DNA of 64,000 nucleotides. It comes from Sphingobium sp. (lineage in GTDB: Bacteria > Pseudomonadota > Alphaproteobacteria > Sphingomonadales > Sphingomonadaceae). Every line of letters starts with the position of its first letter. The stretch's first letter is position 1. The notes below the pieces were generated by a model. The model worked only from the letters and a program-made list of their open reading frames with translations. It was not told the origin of the DNA and ran no database searches. The position numbers and the translations under genes are program-made. The DNA lies in the NCBI GenBank assembly GCA_050252755.1, contig JBFWKI010000014.1, positions 4,347 through 68,346 of the forward strand, in the 5' to 3' direction. Shown piece after piece: positions 48,351 through 57,589 of this stretch.

Positions 48351-50570
48351 TCAGTACCGAACAGTCAGCGATGCGCCGATCATCGCCGGGTCGCCCCATG
48401 TCTGGCGGCTGGAATAGCTGTCCACCTGATTATACAGACGATATTTGGTGTCGGTCACATTGGTGCCGAAGATCGAAATATCGAAATGCTCGGTCGGGTC
48501 GGTCCAGGTCGCGCGCAAGTTCAGGATCGAATAATTGCCCTGCGGCAACTGCTTCACCGCGTCGAAGTAGAATTTTGACGTGTGATACAGGCTGGCGTTG
48601 AGCATGAGCCGCCCGCCCGCGACATCCATCCCGTAGGTCGCGCCGATATTGCCCGCAAAACGCGGGGTGCGCGCCACCGGGAAGCCCGTCGCGTCGATGC
48701 CGACGTTCAGGAAGCGTCCATAGGTCGGGCTGGCGGGGTCCAGATCCTGCTGAAGCCCGATCGCATCGGGGAAGTCCTTATATTCGGCATGGGTATAGGC
48801 CGCGCCGATATCGATGGTGAGGTCCGGCGTGACGGTGAACGAAAGATCGCCGTCAATGCCGTAAATCTCCGCCTTGGCCGCGTTGCGCGTCATGCTGGCG
48901 CCGTTGGCGCCAAACGCCGTCACCTGAATATCGCGGTAATTATAATAGAAACCCGCGATGTTCAGCCGCACCATGCGATTGGCGACCTTATAGCCCACTT
49001 CATAGGCGTCGATCTTTTCCGGGTCCACCGGCGTCGTCGAGAAAGCGGAGCCGGGCAGCGTGCCGGACTTATAGCCCTGAGTAAACGAGGCATAGACGTT
49101 GGACCGGGGCGTCAGTTCATACCGCACGACCGCGCGCGGCGAGAAGTTCTTGAACTCCGCATCCCCCTCGCCCGCGAAGTCGGACGGGATGAGGTGAAAC
49201 TTCACCGACGGCTTGTTGATCGAATAACGGCCACCCACGGTCACGAACAGCTTGTCCGCCACTTCATAGGTGCCATCGGCAAAGACCGCGTAGGATTCCA
49301 GCTTGTTCTTCGTGTCGAACAGCCGGTTGAACGGCGCGCCATAGCCATCGTCGGCGCCCGGCGTGTTGGTGTAGAAATGATAGACGTTGGTCGCGTTCAT
49401 GTAGAACGCGCCCAGCACCCAGTTCAGGCGACCGCCGCCCTTCGAGGTGAGGTTGAGTTCCTGCGTGAAGGTCTTGTCGGGGATATGCGAGATCGCGGCA
49501 TAGATATTCGCAGGCGTCGTGTCATAATCCAGCCCTTGACGAATTTCGTCCGTCCGATAGCCGGTATAGGATGTCAAATCAGCAAACCCCAGATCGAACC
49601 GGCTGGTCAGCGTAATCGAATCGCTGTTCACGCGGAAAAAACGGGGGCCAAGACCGGAATAATCGCCGCGATCGTTGACGATCATCGTATCCGGCGCGGT
49701 GATGCCGATGGTGGCGCCATCGCGGGCGCTGGTCAGCACGGCGCGCGGATTATTCTCATAACGGTGCGAATAAGCGAGCGTGAAGCTGGCGAAATCGCTC
49801 GGCTCCCAAAGCACCTTGCTGCGGACCTGCCAGCGGCGGAAGCGGCTCTCATCCTGCTTGCCGGTCGCCACATTCTCTATGAAGCCGTCGCCCCGCTCGA
49901 ACGAGGCGGCCACATCGACCGCCAGCGTGTCGGTAAGGCCGGTCGAACCGTAAAAGGCCGTGGTGATATGGTCATAAGAGCCATAGCCGAGCTTGGCGAT
50001 CATCGTCGGCGTATATTGCGGCTCGCGCGTGTTGAGCTGAATCGCGCCGCCCGTCGCGTTGAAGCCGAACAATGTCCCCTGCGGCCCCTTCAGCACATTG
50101 ACGCTCGACATGCTGATCAGGTCGAAGTCCGACGCGCCGGGGCTGGGGATGTAATAGCCGTCGATATAGACGGGAATGTTGGAATAGAGGCCCGGCCCGG
50201 CAACAAGGCTGCCAATGCCGCGAATCGACGGCTGGACGTTGGTGCCCGCATAGTTGATGCGCAGCGCCGGAACCGATTGCGGCAGTTGCGACACCTGGGT
50301 GAGGCTTTTGCGCTCGATATCGGCGGATGACAACGCCTGAATGGAAATGGGAACGTCCTGAAGGCGCTCACTGCGCTTCTGGGCCGTCACGATGATTTCG
50401 CCGGTGTCGCCAGCGGGCGAAGCGCCAGCGCCCGCCATCGCGGCGGCGTCCTGCGCCGGGGCGGCGGCGTCCTGCACGCCTTCCTGCGCGGCCACCGCAA
50501 GGGGGAACGCAGCCGCGCCAGTCAGCAGCGCAAGCGCCAGCGCCCGGACGGGTCCGGTATGAGTGAACAT
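48351..50570 (-). CDS. TonB-dependent receptor (paralog of 14259-16457)
   Basis: Signal peptide ...AAFPLAVAAQEG, plug EIIVTAQKRSERLQDVPISIQ, and a barrel ending ...GASLTVRY. Many blocks are shared with receptor 1 (LGFADLTSYTGYR, DKLFVTVGGRYS, FKNFSPRAVVRYE). Confidence 0.95.
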   Translation of the reverse strand: MFTHTGPVRALALALLTGAAAFPLAVAAQEGVQDAAAPAQDAAAMAGAGASPAGDTGEIIVTAQKRSERLQDVPISIQALSSADIERKSLTQVSQLPQSVPALRINYAGTNVQPSIRGIGSLVAGPGLYSNIPVYIDGYYIPSPGASDFDLISMSSVNVLKGPQGTLFGFNATGGAIQLNTREPQYTPTMIAKLGYGSYDHITTAFYGSTGLTDTLAVDVAASFERGDGFIENVATGKQDESRFRRWQVRSKVLWEPSDFASFTLAYSHRYENNPRAVLTSARDGATIGITAPDTMIVNDRGDYSGLGPRFFRVNSDSITLTSRFDLGFADLTSYTGYRTDEIRQGLDYDTTPANIYAAISHIPDKTFTQELNLTSKGGGRLNWVLGAFYMNATNVYHFYTNTPGADDGYGAPFNRLFDTKNKLESYAVFADGTYEVADKLFVTVGGRYSINKPSVKFHLIPSDFAGEGDAEFKNFSPRAVVRYELTPRSNVYASFTQGYKSGTLPGSAFSTTPVDPEKIDAYEVGYKVANRMVRLNIAGFYYNYRDIQVTAFGANGASMTRNAAKAEIYGIDGDLSFTVTPDLTIDIGAAYTHAEYKDFPDAIGLQQDLDPASPTYGRFLNVGIDATGFPVARTPRFAGNIGATYGMDVAGGRLMLNASLYHTSKFYFDAVKQLPQGNYSILNLRATWTDPTEHFDISIFGTNVTDTKYRLYNQVDSYSSRQTWGDPAMIGASLTVRY

Positions 50571-50587
50571 GATATCCTCCCAAGATT

Positions 50588-50621
50588 GTTCATTAATCGC
50601 ACAACTGTGCCTTTATTGAAT
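50588..50621 (+). promoter_or_regulatory. tandem PcaR/IclR-like boxes proximal to TonB receptor 2
   Basis: GTTCATTAATCGCAC (50588) and GTGCCTTTATTGAAT (50607), offset 19 bp. On the gene strand the first reads GTGCGATTAATGAAC. Confidence 0.55.
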
Positions 50622-50663
50622 AGCGCCACCTTCGCCGCCGGTCAAACATCTTTCCAGAGATTT

Positions 50664-50697
50664 GTTTGATTATCGCCCGAACGTTCTATATTCATTC
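50664..50697 (+). promoter_or_regulatory. tandem PcaR/IclR-like boxes overlapping a putative MFS promoter
   Basis: GTTTGATTATCGCCC (50664, 14/15 identical to 19225) and GTTCTATATTCATTC (50683), offset 19 bp. Embedded TTTGAT-N16-TATATT. Confidence 0.6.
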
Positions 50698-50764
50698 AAT
50701 CTCAAGAGGCGAACCGGGCCGCCGGACAAGCCATGTGCAGACAGGATATTCGAGGGAGAAGTGC

Positions 50765-52162
50765 ATGAAGCGGTCCATGGAGAATGCCGCCCCGGCGTCG
50801 CGAGCGTCCTGGAAAAGCTGGCTCATCGCCATCCTCCTGTCCGTCTGCTATACTGTCGCCTATCTCGACCGGCAGGTGATCAGCCTGCTGATCCAGCCGA
50901 TTCAGGCGGCGCTGGACATTAACGACACGCAATTCGGCCTGCTTCAGGGCGTCAGCTTCTCCCTTTTCTATGTCGCCGCCTCGCTGCCGCTCGCATGGCT
51001 GGCCGACCGCACCCGCCGCTCCCGCGTGATGGCCGGATGCGTCGCCTTCTGGAGCGTGATGACGATGAGTTGCGGCATGGTGAGCAGCTTCGGCCAGCTC
51101 ATGGCCGCGCGAATCGGCGTGGCGGTGGGCGAATCCGGGCTGACCCCGGCGGCGCTCGCCACGCTTTCCGACCGGTTCAACCGTCGGCAGCTTGCGACGG
51201 CAACCTCGCTCTACATGCTCGCCCCTTTTGTGGGCGGCGGCCTCGCGCTGGGCGCGGGCGGAGCGGTCTATTCCTGGGCACAGGGCCTCGACAGCGAGGC
51301 GATGGGGATATTTTCGGGCTTTTCCGACTGGCAGATCGTCTTTCTGGTGATCGGCGCGGCGGGCCTGCTGCCCGCGCTGCTGCTGTTGCTGATCGTCGAC
51401 CGGCCGGTGCGCGGAAACGCAGGTGAGCGCAAGGGCGCGCAGCTTTCAGAGGTCTTCGCCCTGTTCCGCCGCGAATGGAAAATCTACATGCTGTTCCAGT
51501 TCGCCATGGCGCTGGTGATGGTCGTCCTTGCCGGATATGTGACCTGGCTGCCCGCCGCGATCATGCGGTCGAAGGAGATCAGCGAAGCGGAAGTAGGCGC
51601 GCTGTTCGGCCCGATCTATCTGATTTCGGGCGCGCTGGGCACGATTTCGGCAGGCACATTGGTGGCGTTGCGCGCCGGGGACGACCCGGTAAGGACCGTG
51701 TTCCGCTATATGCTCGTCATGCTCATTCTGTTCTGGCCGCTGGGCGCGCTGGGGTTGATGACCTCATCGCTCCATGCCGAACTTGCGATGATGGGCGCGG
51801 CGCTGTTTCTCATCAGTTCCGTGACGAGCCTGTCCTCGCTGCCTTTCCAATATATAACGCCGCGCCATCTGCGCGCTCAGGCCATCGCGCTGATGGCGAT
51901 GGTCGCGGCGCTGTTCGGCACCGGGCTGGGGCCAGTGCTCGCGGGCGTGCTCAGCGACCATCTCACCGGCGTGCAGCACCCGCTTTCCGTCTCGCTTTCG
52001 CTGATCGTCGCCATATGCATTCCGGTCGTGATCCTGCTGGTCTGGATATCGTTGCGCGAACATGCGCGGCGGCGGCTGGATATCGAGGTGGCCCATGCCG
52101 ACGCTGCGGCCCTATCGTCAGGGGCAGAATCGTCAGGGGCGGGGCCAACCGTCACCGCCTGA
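50765..52162 (+). CDS. MFS transporter
   Basis: Start at ATG 50765 (MKRSMENAAP...), 12-TM-like hydrophobicity, and ...YLDRQVISLL...WLADRTRRSRVMAG, an MFS loop 2-3 type motif. An alternative start is at MENAAP. Confidence 0.85.
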   Translation: MKRSMENAAPASRASWKSWLIAILLSVCYTVAYLDRQVISLLIQPIQAALDINDTQFGLLQGVSFSLFYVAASLPLAWLADRTRRSRVMAGCVAFWSVMTMSCGMVSSFGQLMAARIGVAVGESGLTPAALATLSDRFNRRQLATATSLYMLAPFVGGGLALGAGGAVYSWAQGLDSEAMGIFSGFSDWQIVFLVIGAAGLLPALLLLLIVDRPVRGNAGERKGAQLSEVFALFRREWKIYMLFQFAMALVMVVLAGYVTWLPAAIMRSKEISEAEVGALFGPIYLISGALGTISAGTLVALRAGDDPVRTVFRYMLVMLILFWPLGALGLMTSSLHAELAMMGAALFLISSVTSLSSLPFQYITPRHLRAQAIALMAMVAALFGTGLGPVLAGVLSDHLTGVQHPLSVSLSLIVAICIPVVILLVWISLREHARRRLDIEVAHADAAALSSGAESSGAGPTVTA

Positions 52163-52286
52163 ACCGCGCTTAGCGCCACTCAACCGCGCCTCGATCCACG
52201 CGAGAACGCGCCGGGGTGCGTGATGCGCAGACCTGCCTCGCGAATGCGGACGCTGCGCGCGGCGACCCTTCGCCCTGCTCCGCCAA

Positions 52287-52775
52287 TCAATCCGGGTCGG
52301 ACCGGTCGATCGCGCCGCTGTCGAGCAGCGGGGCGGCATCGATATGCTGGGCGTCCAATATGGTGGCCAGCCGCTCCACCGCCGTCAGGATCATCGCCTG
52401 CTCCCAACCGGGAAGGCCGGGAAACCGGTCCACGAACAAATGCTGGAGCATGTCCGGCGCGCCCGCTAGCGCCGCCCGGCCTTCCGCCGTGACGGTCAGC
52501 AGAAATTGCCGCTTGTCCCTGACATTGCGGTCGCGGGTCACGAAATTCAGCGCAACCAGCCGGTCGACGATCGCGGTGATCGTCGCCTGACTGAATTGCA
52601 GGCTGCCCGCGATCATGCCGGGGGTGGGGCGATCGAGCGTCTCGATCTCCCGCAGCACCAGCAATTGCGAGGGCGTCAGCCCGGTGGCGGCGGCAAGTTG
52701 GCGGCTGCCGATTTCGGTGGCGCGCAAGATGCGGCGCAAGGCGCGCAAGGTCAGATTCGGGATCGTCGATTCCAT
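52287..52775 (-). CDS. ectR: MarR-family regulator, EctR-like (divergent from ectA)
   Basis: The MarR wHTH region ...LTPSQLLVLREIETLDRPTPGMIAGSLQFSQATITAIVDRLVALNFVTRDRNVRDKR. The position divergent from ectABCD matches the known EctR arrangement. The symbol is assigned by context. Confidence 0.75.
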   Translation of the reverse strand: MESTIPNLTLRALRRILRATEIGSRQLAAATGLTPSQLLVLREIETLDRPTPGMIAGSLQFSQATITAIVDRLVALNFVTRDRNVRDKRQFLLTVTAEGRAALAGAPDMLQHLFVDRFPGLPGWEQAMILTAVERLATILDAQHIDAAPLLDSGAIDRSDPD

Positions 52776-52819
52776 CGTCAGGCCCTAACCCAGCGCAGCC
52801 CCGCAACCAAATAAAATCC

Positions 52820-52862
52820 TTCGATTTCCAAAGCATTCCCAAGGGATATTTTGGAGATCGAA
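52820..52862. promoter_or_regulatory. imperfect inverted repeat in ectR-ectA intergenic region (candidate EctR operator)
   Basis: TTCGATTTCCAAA (52820-32) and TTTTGGAGATCGAA (52849-62). The arms match at 12 of 13 positions over the left arm, with 16 nt between them. Confidence 0.4.
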
Positions 52863-52883
52863 GCATCTATTTTCATAAAAAGG

Positions 52884-52913
52884 TTGAAAATATCCATATA
52901 ATCCGCATATAAG
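52884..52913 (+). promoter_or_regulatory. putative sigma70-type ect promoter
   Basis: TTGAAA (52884-89), an 18-nt spacer, then TATAAG (52908-13), in a strongly AT-rich stretch about 140 nt upstream of ectA. Confidence 0.4.
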
Positions 52914-53054
52914 GCGCCCTCGCAAAGGGGAAGCGATTCCTTCTTGAAGCATAAATATTTCGGGAGATGAATAATCTTCGATGACAAAACCGATGCAGCC
53001 TCGTTGCTGCCACGGGATTTTGCGCGCCATGCTCCGGCCACCGATGCTCAGGCC

Positions 53055-53585
53055 ATGGCGACTTCCATTACCCTGCGCAGGCCGGTTGCGACCGATGGCC
53101 CCGCCATTTCCGCGCTGATCGCCGCCTGCCCCCCGCTCGACACCAATTCGGCCTATTGCAACCTGCTGCAATGTACCCATTTCGCGGATCATTGCATCGT
53201 GGCCGAGGACAAGGAAGGCATTGCGGGCTGGGTATCGGGCTATCGCCCGCCATCCGACCCCGCCACCTTCTTCGTCTGGCAGGTCGCCGTCGATACCCGT
53301 GCGCGCGGCAGAAAACTCGCGCAGCATATGATCGAGGCGTTGCTGGCCCGGCGGGCCGCTGCGGGCGTTACCCACCTCATCACCACCGTCACGGCCGATA
53401 ATACGGCCTCATGGGCCTTGTTCGAGAGGCTGGCGCACCGCTGGGCCGCCTCGCTGGACAAAAGCGCCCTGTTCGAGCGCGACGCCCATTTCGGCGGCGC
53501 GCATCCCACCGAGTGGCAGGCCCGCATCGGGCCCCTGCCGCATCCCATCCGCTCCATGCAGAAACAAGAGCAGGAGATACGATAA
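53055..53585 (+). CDS. ectA: L-2,4-diaminobutyrate acetyltransferase
   Basis: ...ITLRRPVATDGPAISALIAACPPLDTNSAYCNLLQCTHFADHCIVAE...FFVWQVAVDTRARG... is EctA-like GNAT sequence. First gene of an ectABCD array. Start at ATG 53055 (the ORF-track start at 53004 is also possible). Confidence 0.85.
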   Translation: MATSITLRRPVATDGPAISALIAACPPLDTNSAYCNLLQCTHFADHCIVAEDKEGIAGWVSGYRPPSDPATFFVWQVAVDTRARGRKLAQHMIEALLARRAAAGVTHLITTVTADNTASWALFERLAHRWAASLDKSALFERDAHFGGAHPTEWQARIGPLPHPIRSMQKQEQEIR

Positions 53586-54896
53586 ATGACCACCATCCTT
53601 GCCCCCGAACCGACCCGCCATGCGCCCGACACGGCCATTTATGAGCGGCGCGAATCCGCCGTGCGCAGCTATGCCCGCGCCATGCCGCGTCAATTTCACC
53701 GTGCGCAGGACGTATGGATGCATGACAATCAGGGGGGGCGCTATCTCGATTTTCTGTCGGGCTGTTCGTCGCTGAACTACGGGCATAATCATCCCGTGTT
53801 GAAGCAGGCGCTGCTCGATTATATCGCGGATGACGGCATCACCCATGCGCTCGATCTGCACACCGACGCCAAGGCGGATTTTCTCGATGCGCTGGAAAAG
53901 GTCATACTGAAGCCGCGCGGCCTCAATTATCGCGCCATGTTCACCGGCCCCACCGGCACCAATGCGGTGGAAGCGGCGATCAAGCTGGCGCGCAAGGTGA
54001 CGGGCCGCGAAATGGTGATCGCGTTCACCAACGGCTTTCACGGCATGACCTTGGGCGCGCTGGCCTGCACCGGCAACGCGGCCAAGCGCGGTGGCGCGGG
54101 CGTGCCGCTGGGCCATGTCTCGCATGAGCCTTATGACGGCTATTATGGCCCGGACGTGGATACCGCCGAACTGCTCGACAAGCGCCTGTCGGACCCGTCG
54201 AGCGGCCTTGATGCGCCCGCCGCCATCCTCGTCGAAACCGTGCAGGGCGAAGGCGGCCTGAACGCTGCCTCCCCCGAATGGCTGCGCGCGGTCGCGGAGA
54301 TCGCCCGCCGTCATGGCGCGCTGCTGATCGTCGATGATATTCAGGCGGGTTGCGGCCGCACCGGCGGATTTTTCAGCTTCGAGGATATGGGCTTCACGCC
54401 CGATATCGTCACCCTGGCCAAATCGCTTTCCGGCATGGGCCTGCCCTTCGCGCTGACCCTGTTCCGGCCGGAACTCGACCGCTGGTCGCCGGGCGAGCAT
54501 AACGGCACCTTCCGCGGCAACAACCATGCGTTCGTCACCGCCGCCACGGCCATCCGCCATTTCTGGGGCGATGATCGCCTGCGGCAGCATATCGATCGTC
54601 AGGGCGAAGTGCTGCGGCGCAGGCTGGAGGCCATCGCCGCCGAACATGGGCTGACGACCAAGGGCCGGGGCATGATGCGCGGCATCGACATCGGGTCGGG
54701 CGAGGCCGCGCAGGCTATCACCGCCGCCTGTTTCGCGCGCGGCCTCATCATCGAAACGAGCGGCGGGCATGACGAGATCGTCAAGGTGCTCGCACCCCTC
54801 GTCATCGAGGAGGATCTGCTGATGGCCGGCCTCGATATTCTGGAACTGTGCGTCCGGGAGGCGCTGACCGCGTCTTTCGGCATGGCCGCCGAATAA
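53586..54896 (+). CDS. ectB: diaminobutyrate--2-oxoglutarate transaminase
   Basis: Class-III aminotransferase: ...YERRESAVRSYARAMP..., ...DDIQAGCGRTG..., PLP-Lys region TLAKSLSG. The ATG directly follows the ectA TAA. Confidence 0.95.
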   Translation: MTTILAPEPTRHAPDTAIYERRESAVRSYARAMPRQFHRAQDVWMHDNQGGRYLDFLSGCSSLNYGHNHPVLKQALLDYIADDGITHALDLHTDAKADFLDALEKVILKPRGLNYRAMFTGPTGTNAVEAAIKLARKVTGREMVIAFTNGFHGMTLGALACTGNAAKRGGAGVPLGHVSHEPYDGYYGPDVDTAELLDKRLSDPSSGLDAPAAILVETVQGEGGLNAASPEWLRAVAEIARRHGALLIVDDIQAGCGRTGGFFSFEDMGFTPDIVTLAKSLSGMGLPFALTLFRPELDRWSPGEHNGTFRGNNHAFVTAATAIRHFWGDDRLRQHIDRQGEVLRRRLEAIAAEHGLTTKGRGMMRGIDIGSGEAAQAITAACFARGLIIETSGGHDEIVKVLAPLVIEEDLLMAGLDILELCVREALTASFGMAAE

Positions 54897-54938
54897 GGCG
54901 CCGAACCAAGACGTCGAATAAGACTGGGAGATTCAAAC

Positions 54939-55346
54939 ATGATTGTCCGCAATCTGGAAACTGTCCGCGCGTCCGATCGTCATGTGGAGTCGAAGGGATG
55001 GGAAAGCACCCGCCTGCTCCTCAAGGATGACGGCATGGGCTTTTCCTTCCACGTCACCACCATGTATGCGGGTGAGGAATTGCAGATGCATTATCAGAAC
55101 CATCTGGAGGCCGTGCTGGTCCTGAAGGGCACCGGCACGATCGAGGATCTGGGCACCGGCGAAATCCACACGCTGGAACCGGGCGTGATCTACGCCCTCA
55201 ACGCCCATGACCGGCACATCGTCCGGCCGAAGACCGACATCGTCACCGCCTGCGCCTTCAACCCGCCGGTGACGGGGCGCGAGGTGCATGACGAAAACGG
55301 CGCCTATCCCGCCGATGCCGACATGGCCGCGTCCGCCGCGTCCTGA
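54939..55346 (+). CDS. ectC: ectoine synthase
   Basis: MIVRNLE...[25 protein letters not shown]...[14 protein letters not shown]... is the canonical EctC cupin. GGGAG lies 8 nt upstream. Confidence 0.95.
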   Translation: MIVRNLETVRASDRHVESKGWESTRLLLKDDGMGFSFHVTTMYAGEELQMHYQNHLEAVLVLKGTGTIEDLGTGEIHTLEPGVIYALNAHDRHIVRPKTDIVTACAFNPPVTGREVHDENGAYPADADMAASAAS

Positions 55347-55374
55347 CCACCCCTTGCCGAGCGAAGAGGATTTC

Positions 55375-56304
55375 ATGACGGATATCTACCCCTCGCGACA
55401 GGGTGGTGAGGCCCATATGATGCCCCGCCGCGACCCTGTCAGCCGCCTGCCGTGGAGCGCCGACGCGCCGATCAGCCAGGCGCAGATCGACCAGTTCGAC
55501 CGGGACGGCTATCTCGTGCTGGAAGACCTGTTTTCCGAAGAGGAAATCACCTTCCTGCAACGGGAGGCGGGCGGCCTGCTGGGCGATCCCGATGCGCTGG
55601 ACGCGGACACCATCATTACCGAGCCGGGCAGCCGGGAAATCCGGTCCATCTTCGACATTCACCGGCAAAGCGCGGCGATGGCGCGCCTCGCCGCCGATGA
55701 GCGGCTGGCCGCGCTGGCCGGGTTCCTGCTGGGCGATGAGGTCTATATCCATCAATCGCGCCTCAACTATAAGCCAGGGTTTCAGGGCAAGGAATTTTAT
55801 TGGCATTCCGATTTCGAAACCTGGCATGTGGAAGACGGGATGCCCCGCATGCGGGCGCTTTCCATGTCGGTGCTGCTGGCCGAGAACACGCCCCATAACG
55901 GGCCGCTGATGCTGATCCCCGGATCGCATCACAGCTTCCTCGCCTGCGCCGGGGAAACGCCGGAGGATCATTACAAGGCCTCGCTGAAAAAGCAGGAATA
56001 TGGCGTGCCGGATGAAGACAGCCTCGCCGAGCTGGCGCATGAACATGGCATCGTCGCGCCCACCGGCAAGCCGGGAACGATCATCCTGTTCGAATGCAAC
56101 GTCATGCACGGGTCGAACGGCAATATAACGCCCTTCCCGCGCGCCAATGCGTTTCTGGTCTATAATGCGGTGTCGAACCGGCTGCGCGAGCCCTTCGGCA
56201 CGCAAAAGCCGCGTCCGCCCTTCATCGCGGCGCGGGGGAAGCCCGCCGCGATCACGCCCCGGCGGGGATGCCTGACCCTGCACGAAGAAGAGGCAGCGGC
56301 CTGA
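55375..56304 (+). CDS. ectD: ectoine hydroxylase
   Basis: Contains the EctD signature FYWHSDFETWHVEDGMP. Start at ATG 55375 (MTDIYPSRQ...) preceded by GAAGAGGA. Confidence 0.95.
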   Translation: MTDIYPSRQGGEAHMMPRRDPVSRLPWSADAPISQAQIDQFDRDGYLVLEDLFSEEEITFLQREAGGLLGDPDALDADTIITEPGSREIRSIFDIHRQSAAMARLAADERLAALAGFLLGDEVYIHQSRLNYKPGFQGKEFYWHSDFETWHVEDGMPRMRALSMSVLLAENTPHNGPLMLIPGSHHSFLACAGETPEDHYKASLKKQEYGVPDEDSLAELAHEHGIVAPTGKPGTIILFECNVMHGSNGNITPFPRANAFLVYNAVSNRLREPFGTQKPRPPFIAARGKPAAITPRRGCLTLHEEEAAA

Positions 56305-56344
56305 CCCCCGCTCCCCTCGCCTCCTTCCGCCCGATGGTGGCCCC

Positions 56345-57589
56345 ATGTCGATGATCGCCGCCATCGCGCCCGTGCGCAGCCTGCTTCTCGCCATCTTCAT
56401 CCTGATGGCGGGCAGCGGTTTTCTCGCGACGCTGCTGGCCTTGCGGCTGGAACGGGCGGGCAGCGGCACGATGCTGATCGGCATCGTCGCGACCGCCTAT
56501 TTCGCCGGGCTGGTGGCGGGCGCCCTGCGCGCTGGCGAAGTCGTGCGGCGGGTCGGCCATATCCGCGCCTTCGCCGCCTTCGTCGCGCTGCTGTCCGCCA
56601 GCACGCTCTCCTATGCGCTGGTGCAGAACGCCTTCCTGTGGGCGATGCTGCGGCTGGTCGACGGGATCTGCGTCGCAGGCGTGTTCATATGCCTTGAAAG
56701 CTGGCTCAACGACCGGGCGGAGGCCGAAACGCGGGGCGGCATCCTCGCCGCCTATATGGTCGCCCTCTATTCCGGGCAGGCGTTGGGGCAGATGTTGCTC
56801 GCGGCGGTGGGCGGCATGGCGTCGGTGCCGTTCCAGATCGCGTCCATCCTCATTTCGCTTGCGATCCTGCCGCTCTGCCTCACCCGCGCCGCCGCGCCCG
56901 CGCCTGCCGATTCCGGTCATTTTTCCCTTCACACCCTGTTTTCCGCCTCCCCGCTGGGCGCGACCGGCGCGGCGGCGACGGGGCTGATGCTGGGCGCTTT
57001 TTATGGCCTTGCGGCTGTCCATGTCCGCCGCCTCGGCCTCGATCTGGCCGAGACCGCCAGTTTCATGATGATCGTCATTCTGGGCGGGGTCTTGCTGCAA
57101 TGGCCGCTGGGGCGGCTGTCGGACCGGTACGATCGCCGCCGGGTCATCGTGCTGGGGTTCGCCGCAACGATGGTCATCAGCATCGCGCTGGCGCTGACGC
57201 ATCATGTGGGGCCGCCGCTGTTCCTGCTCGGCGCGCTGTTCGGCGGGCTAAGCTTCGCGCTCTACCCCCTCTGCGTCGCGCACAGCAATGACCGGCTGCT
57301 GGCCACCGAGCGCGTGGCGGCGAGCGGCAGGCTGGTGCTGATCTACTCCGTCGGCGCGGCGATCGGCCCGCTGGGCGGCGCGACGATCATGACCCTGACG
57401 GGAACCAGTGGCCTGTTCCTGTTCATCGCCCTGTGCGCGGGAATGATCCTTGCCCTCGGCCTGTGGCGGCAAAGCACCCGCGAACCGGTTCCCGCCGCCA
57501 TTCAGCAGGATTTCCAGATCATGCCGCGCACCACGCCGATGGCGACCCTGCTCGATCCCAACACTCCCGATGAGGAGCCGCAATCATGA
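56345..57589 (+). CDS. MFS transporter (12-TM) downstream of ectD
   Basis: Hydrophobic throughout, with ...MAGSGFLATLLALRL... and ...ESWLNDRAEAETRGG.... Lies 41 nt after the ectD stop. Confidence 0.85.
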   Translation: MSMIAAIAPVRSLLLAIFILMAGSGFLATLLALRLERAGSGTMLIGIVATAYFAGLVAGALRAGEVVRRVGHIRAFAAFVALLSASTLSYALVQNAFLWAMLRLVDGICVAGVFICLESWLNDRAEAETRGGILAAYMVALYSGQALGQMLLAAVGGMASVPFQIASILISLAILPLCLTRAAAPAPADSGHFSLHTLFSASPLGATGAAATGLMLGAFYGLAAVHVRRLGLDLAETASFMMIVILGGVLLQWPLGRLSDRYDRRRVIVLGFAATMVISIALALTHHVGPPLFLLGALFGGLSFALYPLCVAHSNDRLLATERVAASGRLVLIYSVGAAIGPLGGATIMTLTGTSGLFLFIALCAGMILALGLWRQSTREPVPAAIQQDFQIMPRTTPMATLLDPNTPDEEPQS

